From Candidatus Marinacidobacterales bacterium (lineage in GTDB: Bacteria; Acidobacteriota; Vicinamibacteria; Marinacidobacterales; SMYC01), in contig OZ250169.1 of the NCBI GenBank assembly GCA_965237955.1, forward strand, positions 6,944,001 through 7,008,000: a DNA stretch of 64,000 bases, in the 5' to 3' direction. The notes beneath the pieces are model-generated. The model saw nothing but the letters and a program-made list of their open reading frames with translations, was not told the DNA's origin and ran no database searches. The stretch's first letter is position 1; every line of letters begins with the position of its first letter. A program made the translations under genes and the position numbers. This document shows, piece after piece, positions 59,074-64,000 of this stretch.

Positions 59074-60487
59074 GGAGCGGCAGCTCGTATGCCCCGTGCG
59101 CCGCTTCGGCAACGGCTTCGGAAAGAGTGGGGTGCGCGTGCACCGCATGCATCAGAGATTCGGCGGTGGCCTCGTGCTCGAGCGCCACGACCGCTTCGGC
59201 GATGAGATCGGTGGCGTGAGGTCCGATGATGTGGACGCCGAGAAGCTCTCCGTATTTCGATTCGCTCACGACTTTCACGAAGCCCTCGTTGTCGCCGAGG
59301 ATGGTGGCTTTCGGGCTCGCCGCGAAGGGGAACTTGCCGACCTTGACCTCGTAGCCTTTGTCGTTGGCGCTCTCAATGGCGGCGGCTTCGGTTAGACCGA
59401 CGCTCGCGACTTCGGGCGTGCAATACGTGGCGCCCGGCATGTGCAGGTAGTTCAAAGGCTCAACCGAACGACCCGCAATACGCTCGACGGCGAGGATACC
59501 TTCGGCCGATGCCACATGAGCGAGCTGTTGCGTCGCGACGATGTCGCCGATGGCATAGATTCCTTTCGCCGTCGTCTCCATGAACTCGTCGACGACGACG
59601 TTGCCTCGCTCGAGCTTGGCCCCGACTTGTTCGAGACCGATGTTCTCGGTGCGTGCCTTCCTCCCGACAGCGACGAGGAGCTTGGTCACGTTGCGTGTGT
59701 CCTTCGTGCCATCGGGGCGTGTGAACTGGACGTCGACACCCGAGCCGTCGCTCGCCACATTTACGCCATCGACTCTCGTTTCCGTCAACGTCTCGATGCC
59801 GCGCTTCGTGAACGATTTGTAGAGCTCATCGGAGATTTCCTCGTCTTCGACGGGCACGACTCTCGGCAAGACCTCGATGACGACGACTTTCGTGCCGAAG
59901 CTATGGAACATGGAGGCGAACTCGACGCCGACGGCGCCAGCGCCGATGACGCCGATGCTCTCCGGCTGCGCTGGCAGCGCGAGCATCTCGGTGTTGGACA
60001 CGACCGTCTGACCGTCCATAGGAACGTTTGGTATGGACCTCGGCTCGGAGCCGGTCGCCACGATAATGTTCGTGGCGGCGACGGTCTTCACACCCTCTTC
60101 CGTCTGGACTTCCAGTTTCCCCGCTCCCGCGATCCGTCCGAAGCCTGTGAGCGTCTCGACGTTGTTCTTTCGGAAGAGGTACGCCACGCCGCCGGCGTTT
60201 TTCTTGATGATCCGGTTCTTCCGCTTCATCAACGCGGGCCAGTCGAGCCGAAGTCCCTCCACGATGACACCCTGGTCGCCCGCCCGCCGTAACCGATCCA
60301 GGAGCTCCGCCGTGTAGAGGAAGACTTTGCTCGGAATGCACCCGACGTGAAGGCATGTGCCGCCGAAATACGGGTCTTTCTCGACCACGAGGGTCTTCAG
60401 GCCCAGTTGCCCGGCGCGGATCGCGGCGACGTAGCCACCGGGGCCGCTTCCGAGAATCGCAACGTCGTAGCCTGTCTCGTTCGCCAT
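59066..60487 (-). CDS. lpdA: Dihydrolipoyl dehydrogenase (E3)
   Basis: GSGPGGY, GGTCLHVGCIPSK, GAGAVGVE, HAHPTLSE. Confidence 0.97.
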   Translation of the reverse strand: MANETGYDVAILGSGPGGYVAAIRAGQLGLKTLVVEKDPYFGGTCLHVGCIPSKVFLYTAELLDRLRRAGDQGVIVEGLRLDWPALMKRKNRIIKKNAGGVAYLFRKNNVETLTGFGRIAGAGKLEVQTEEGVKTVAATNIIVATGSEPRSIPNVPMDGQTVVSNTEMLALPAQPESIGVIGAGAVGVEFASMFHSFGTKVVVIEVLPRVVPVEDEEISDELYKSFTKRGIETLTETRVDGVNVASDGSGVDVQFTRPDGTKDTRNVTKLLVAVGRKARTENIGLEQVGAKLERGNVVVDEFMETTAKGIYAIGDIVATQQLAHVASAEGILAVERIAGRSVEPLNYLHMPGATYCTPEVASVGLTEAAAIESANDKGYEVKVGKFPFAASPKATILGDNEGFVKVVSESKYGELLGVHIIGPHATDLIAEAVVALEHEATAESLMHAVHAHPTLSEAVAEAAHGAYELPLHV

Positions 60488-60869
60488 CGTTCCTCTTCTG
60501 GCCTTTTGGCCCTACTACGGAGCTTTCTTATTTTGTTCGCACGCCGAGCACGCTCCAGCACGGGTGCAACCTCGCAACTAACTGCGAGTCAATCATTTAC
60601 ACCAACCTAATCAGCTCGCGCGAGCGCCAAAGTGTATCGCGCCTGGGGCGACGAGGCAAATAAATCGTTGAGAAGTAGGCCCGTTATTTTGAGGCTCGGG
60701 GAGCCCTGCGTGATAAACTAACCGAGTAAGGCTCGCCCAGTGGCATCTATTGAGTTTTATTAGGCTTATACGGATCGCTCGTCAAACCATCCCCGACACA
60801 GATGTCCTCACAGTGTTGCCGCGAACCGCAATCCTTACTTGGACCTCCATAAAGCGGTGTTGAGCTCGG

Positions 60870-61622
60870 ATGGCAAAAAAAGCCAAAAAGAAGGTTTCGG
60901 CACGAAGCCGCGCTAAAGCGAAGAAGAAGAAGAAGGCAATGGCGGTCAAGAGAGCGGTCAAGAAGCGTTCTTCCAAGGCAGGGAAGAAGAAGTCCGCAGC
61001 GCGGAGGAGTGCCTCGAGGCCGAAGCCCAGAACCTCGAAGAAAAAACAGGTCAAGGCAGCCAAGACAGCCAAGACAGCCAAGGCCAAGACAGGACGACGG
61101 CCGGTGCCGATTCGCGCCAGAAGGGTCGCGAAGCCAGCCCCGGTCGAACAGACGCCCGCTCTCGTACCAGTTCCCTTGCCCGAAGGGGTTCGCCCGCAGC
61201 GGAGCGGCGAGTCCAACGAGCGCTCCGCCCATCTCGACAAGCTCAAGCAGATGTTCGATGCAGCCCCGATCAGCCACCACCTGGGTATGGCCCTCGGATA
61301 CTGCGAGAACGGTGTCGCTCGCGTGCGCCTTCCGTTCCGCAAGGAGTTCGAAGAGGGCCACGGTGTCATCCATGGAGGACTCATCGGCCTTTTGGCCGAT
61401 ACCGCTGGGAACTTCTCCGTCGGCTCGGTGTCTCCCGGCTCGACCGTGAAAACCGTCGAGTTCAAGCTCAGCCTGCTCACCAGCGTTCAGGGTGACCTTC
61501 TCGCCATCGGCGAGGTGGTTCGCAAGGGCCGAACCCTGGCGACGTGCCGGCTCGAGGTCGTCGAAGGCAACGACCGCGTCGTCGCCATCGGCCTCGCAAC
61601 CTACGCGCTCCAAGCGGTGTAG
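60870..61622 (+). CDS. Lys/Ala/Arg-rich histone-H1-like N-terminus fused to a PaaI hot-dog thioesterase
   Basis: About 90-aa K/A/R-rich region, then HGVIHGG.I..LADTA, TVEFK.S.L, GEVVRKGR. Confidence 0.85.
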   Translation: MAKKAKKKVSARSRAKAKKKKKAMAVKRAVKKRSSKAGKKKSAARRSASRPKPRTSKKKQVKAAKTAKTAKAKTGRRPVPIRARRVAKPAPVEQTPALVPVPLPEGVRPQRSGESNERSAHLDKLKQMFDAAPISHHLGMALGYCENGVARVRLPFRKEFEEGHGVIHGGLIGLLADTAGNFSVGSVSPGSTVKTVEFKLSLLTSVQGDLLAIGEVVRKGRTLATCRLEVVEGNDRVVAIGLATYALQAV

Positions 61623-61654
61623 CCCAGGCAACTCTCCGTTCCCATCGGCAAAGC

Positions 61655-61789
61655 CCTGGTCCCCTGTATCAGAACAAACTAGATAAAGCAGAGCTTGCCG
61701 AAACCCTTCTAAGTGCATGAATCTTATGAATCTTATGGGCTGGCGAAAAGCCTAACTTTGTATAGTAATCAAAGATCCAGGGGACTAGG
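61655..61789. mobile_element. Putative MITE (~135 bp, AT-rich interior)
   Basis: Inverted ends CCTGGTCCCCTGTATC (61655-61670) and GATCCAGGGGACTAGG (61774-61789), 14/16 match; CTAG-like outer ends; no ORF. Confidence 0.55.
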
Positions 61790-61816
61790 TATTCGAGCAC
61801 TCCCGTCTCCCGAGCA

Positions 61817-61880
61817 TCCCCTGCCCTTGCCCTTGCCCCTGCCCGTGTGGGGCGGGGCGGGGCGGGACAGGGGCAGGGGA
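61817..61880. repeat. GC-rich palindrome with ~6-bp-periodic arms between convergent genes
   Basis: TCCCCTGCCCTTGCCCTTGCCCCTGCCC ... GGGCGGGGCGGGGCGGGACAGGGGCAGGGGA. Confidence 0.7.
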
Positions 61881-61882
61881 AG

Positions 61883-62803
61883 CTAAGCCGGCTTCGCCGG
61901 CGATCTAGCCTCGGCCTCCACGAAAACGCGCTTCACCCGAGGCAACGACTCCTTCAGTCCTCGATCCAGCTTGGCGATGACGGCCTCGATCTGATCGGCG
62001 GTGGCCGAGTCGACGAACTCGACGCTCAAGTTCACCAGGATGAACTGCGGTCCCATGTGCATCGTCAGGACTTCGTTCACGTGTTGGATCTCGGGCGCGC
62101 TTTCCGCGAGCTCTCGAATACGGTTCACCACTTCGGGGTTGGCGCTCTCACCGATGAGCAAGCTTTTGGTCTCGTAAGCGAGCCAAATCGCGGTGGCCCC
62201 GAGAATCAGCCCGATGACGATGGACGCGGCACCATCGAAGTACACAATGCCGGTCATTTGCGTCAACAACAGGCCGACGAAGGCGACGATTAGCCCCGCC
62301 ATGGCCGCGGAGTCCTCGAACAGCACGACGAACAACGTCGGATCTTTCCCCTCTTGTACGGCGCGGATGTAACCCTTGCGACCCTTGTGCTCCGAGAACT
62401 CCTTTAATGCGAAGCCCCAGGCTCCTCCTTCGAACAGCATGGCGAGACCGAGCACGATATAGTTGACGTGCGGGCTTTCAATGAGCGTGGGATGCAACAC
62501 GTGCCGGGTGCCTTCATAGATCGAAACACCGGCACCCACCGAGAAAATCAGAATCGCAACGATGAAACTCCAAAAGTAAAGCTCTTTCCCGTGGCCGAAA
62601 GGAAAGTCCTTGTCGGGAGGCCGCTGGGATCGCTTGAGCCCGTACAAGAGCAACATCTGATTGCCAGTATCCACCAGCGAGTGGATTCCCTCGGACATCA
62701 TCGCCGAGCTACTCGTCACCGCCGCGGCGGTGAATTTCGTGATCGCGATCAGAAAATTGCCGATGAGCGCCGCATAGATGACCTTCTTCGATCCCAACGC
62801 CAT
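61883..62803 (-). CDS. Cation diffusion facilitator family transporter
   Basis: SEGIHSLVDTGNQ, PFGHGKE.YFW, EDSAA, ETKSLLIGE, TMHMGP. Confidence 0.95.
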   Translation of the reverse strand: MALGSKKVIYAALIGNFLIAITKFTAAAVTSSSAMMSEGIHSLVDTGNQMLLLYGLKRSQRPPDKDFPFGHGKELYFWSFIVAILIFSVGAGVSIYEGTRHVLHPTLIESPHVNYIVLGLAMLFEGGAWGFALKEFSEHKGRKGYIRAVQEGKDPTLFVVLFEDSAAMAGLIVAFVGLLLTQMTGIVYFDGAASIVIGLILGATAIWLAYETKSLLIGESANPEVVNRIRELAESAPEIQHVNEVLTMHMGPQFILVNLSVEFVDSATADQIEAVIAKLDRGLKESLPRVKRVFVEAEARSPAKPA

Positions 62804-62812
62804 ATCAACACG

Positions 62813-63589
62813 TCAGGTCGCTGGCCCCGACCCTACGAAACGCCACATTTCCTCGAAGAGCTTTTCTTTGTTCGCCGTCAATCGATGATCACCACCCGCG
62901 ATCTCGACGAGCTCGACATGCTCGAGGCGCTCGGCAAAGCGGCGCGAGAGTTGGCACGGCACCACTTCGTCGTCCGATCCATGCAAAATCAGACTGGGGG
63001 TCTTGAGTCGGCGCCGGAGGCTTTCCGTGGGGTAGCGCGTCTCGTCCTCCACAAACCCATATCCGAGATCGAAATCGGCGTAGCCGGTATCGAGATGCAG
63101 CACGCCGTCGCGACGCCACTGCTTCGCCTTGTCCGGCCCGAGCGACAGAAGAAGCCGAGCGGCCATCTCGAACGCCGGTGCGATGACCATAACGCGGGTG
63201 ACGATGCCGGGTTTCTGGGCTGCGAACCAAAGCGCGGTCAACCCACCCATCGATGAGCCAATCAAGTGGACGGCGGCGAACGGACCGTCCCGCGACTCGA
63301 TGAAGCTCAGGCCCCGTTCGAGATCGTTGATGTTCCGCGTGCCCGACAGATCGACGAGGTCGCCTTCCGAGTCACCGTGCCCGGTCAGGTCGAGGCTCGC
63401 AAACGCTTCCCCGCGACGCGCAATCTGTCGCGCGAAGTAGAGTGCTTTTTCGCCTCGACGGTTGGAGCTCAACCCGTGAAGAAAAAACCACAACCGTGAG
63501 CTCTTGGTGGCGGGGGGGATGAAATCCAACGCGAGCCGCGCCTCGCCGGCGTCTTTGGGTTCGACCCACTGGGGAGGGCTTTCGCTCAT
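62813..63589 (-). CDS. Alpha/beta hydrolase
   Basis: HGLSS, GHGDSEG, GSSMGG, HGSDDEVVP, GDHRL (intact triad). Confidence 0.93.
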   Translation of the reverse strand: MSESPPQWVEPKDAGEARLALDFIPPATKSSRLWFFLHGLSSNRRGEKALYFARQIARRGEAFASLDLTGHGDSEGDLVDLSGTRNINDLERGLSFIESRDGPFAAVHLIGSSMGGLTALWFAAQKPGIVTRVMVIAPAFEMAARLLLSLGPDKAKQWRRDGVLHLDTGYADFDLGYGFVEDETRYPTESLRRRLKTPSLILHGSDDEVVPCQLSRRFAERLEHVELVEIAGGDHRLTANKEKLFEEMWRFVGSGPAT

Positions 63590-63633
63590 GTCAGCGGTAA
63601 GTGTAGCTTCCGCGCTCTAGCGCACGCAATGGG

Positions 63634-64000
63634 TCACGAGTCGACGAGATCGCGCGCTTTCTTGAACACCCGGTGGAACATCGACCGAGTGAGCCTTCCG
63701 GTAAACGTGTTCTGTTGGCTCGGGTGGTAGCTGCCGAGAAGCCGCACGCCGCCGGGGAGCTCGGCGTCTGAACCGTGAGCGAACTTGGGCTTCGGCTTAG
63801 GAACGACCCGACCCGACTCGCGCCACGCGGCGAGAAAACCGTCGAACGCGATACGGCCGAGGACAAGGACGACCTTCACATCGGCGAGCGCCTCGAGCTC
63901 GCGCACGAGATAACCGCGACAAGCTTCGATCTCCTGGCGCGTCGGCTTGTTGTCGGGTGGGGCGCAGTGCGCCGTTGCCGTGATGTAGGCGTCTTCGAGC
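63634..64000 (-). CDS. Uracil-DNA glycosylase family 5 (UdgB-like), 3' part
   Basis: YITA.AHCAPPDNKP, LGRIAF, FAHG, SYHPSQQNTFTGRLT. Confidence 0.92.
   Translation of the reverse strand, partial: LEDAYITATAHCAPPDNKPTRQEIEACRGYLVRELEALADVKVVLVLGRIAFDGFLAAWRESGRVVPKPKPKFAHGSDAELPGGVRLLGSYHPSQQNTFTGRLTRSMFHRVFKKARDLVDS

Noticed and set aside
60488-60869. Long intergenic region, possible ncRNA or riboswitch
   Set aside because: No recognisable RNA motif; adequately explained by divergent promoters

Overview
A GC-rich bacterial chromosomal segment, probably Acidobacteriota of the Vicinamibacteria type (inferred from the GWxTD protein, TonB-C fusion and C25 giant protein). Core content: lpxB, hflX, an envC-like/S41 pair, ruvX-mltG, a selenocysteine formate dehydrogenase operon (fdnGHI, fdhE), an aerobic benzoyl-CoA cluster (boxR, boxC, boxB plus beta-oxidation genes, no boxA), a serB-serA fusion and a lpdA-lipB-E1a-E1b-E2-lipA operon. 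Two accessory regions stand out. (i) 24.2-28.0 kb holds DUF222-like HNH nuclease genes carrying internal DNA palindromes, bounded by a 16-bp direct repeat that duplicates the end of the neighbouring gene, with an IS1182 element (plus an AbrB-like passenger gene) nested in one palindrome. (ii) 45.1-52.7 kb holds a sigma54-driven giant secreted protein (DUF2341/LamG/beta-helix cargo fused to a gingipain/PorU-like C25 peptidase), split by an IS200 element and preceded by an exact 192-bp copy of its own C25 coding sequence. Several full-length genes have lost canonical catalytic residues (E1-alpha, RtcA-like, S41, S9). hflX appears to start at ATT. Several single-base frameshifts fall in homopolymers and are probably long-read errors. 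No rRNA, tRNA or CRISPR array was seen. All family assignments come from motif recognition by eye, not database searches.
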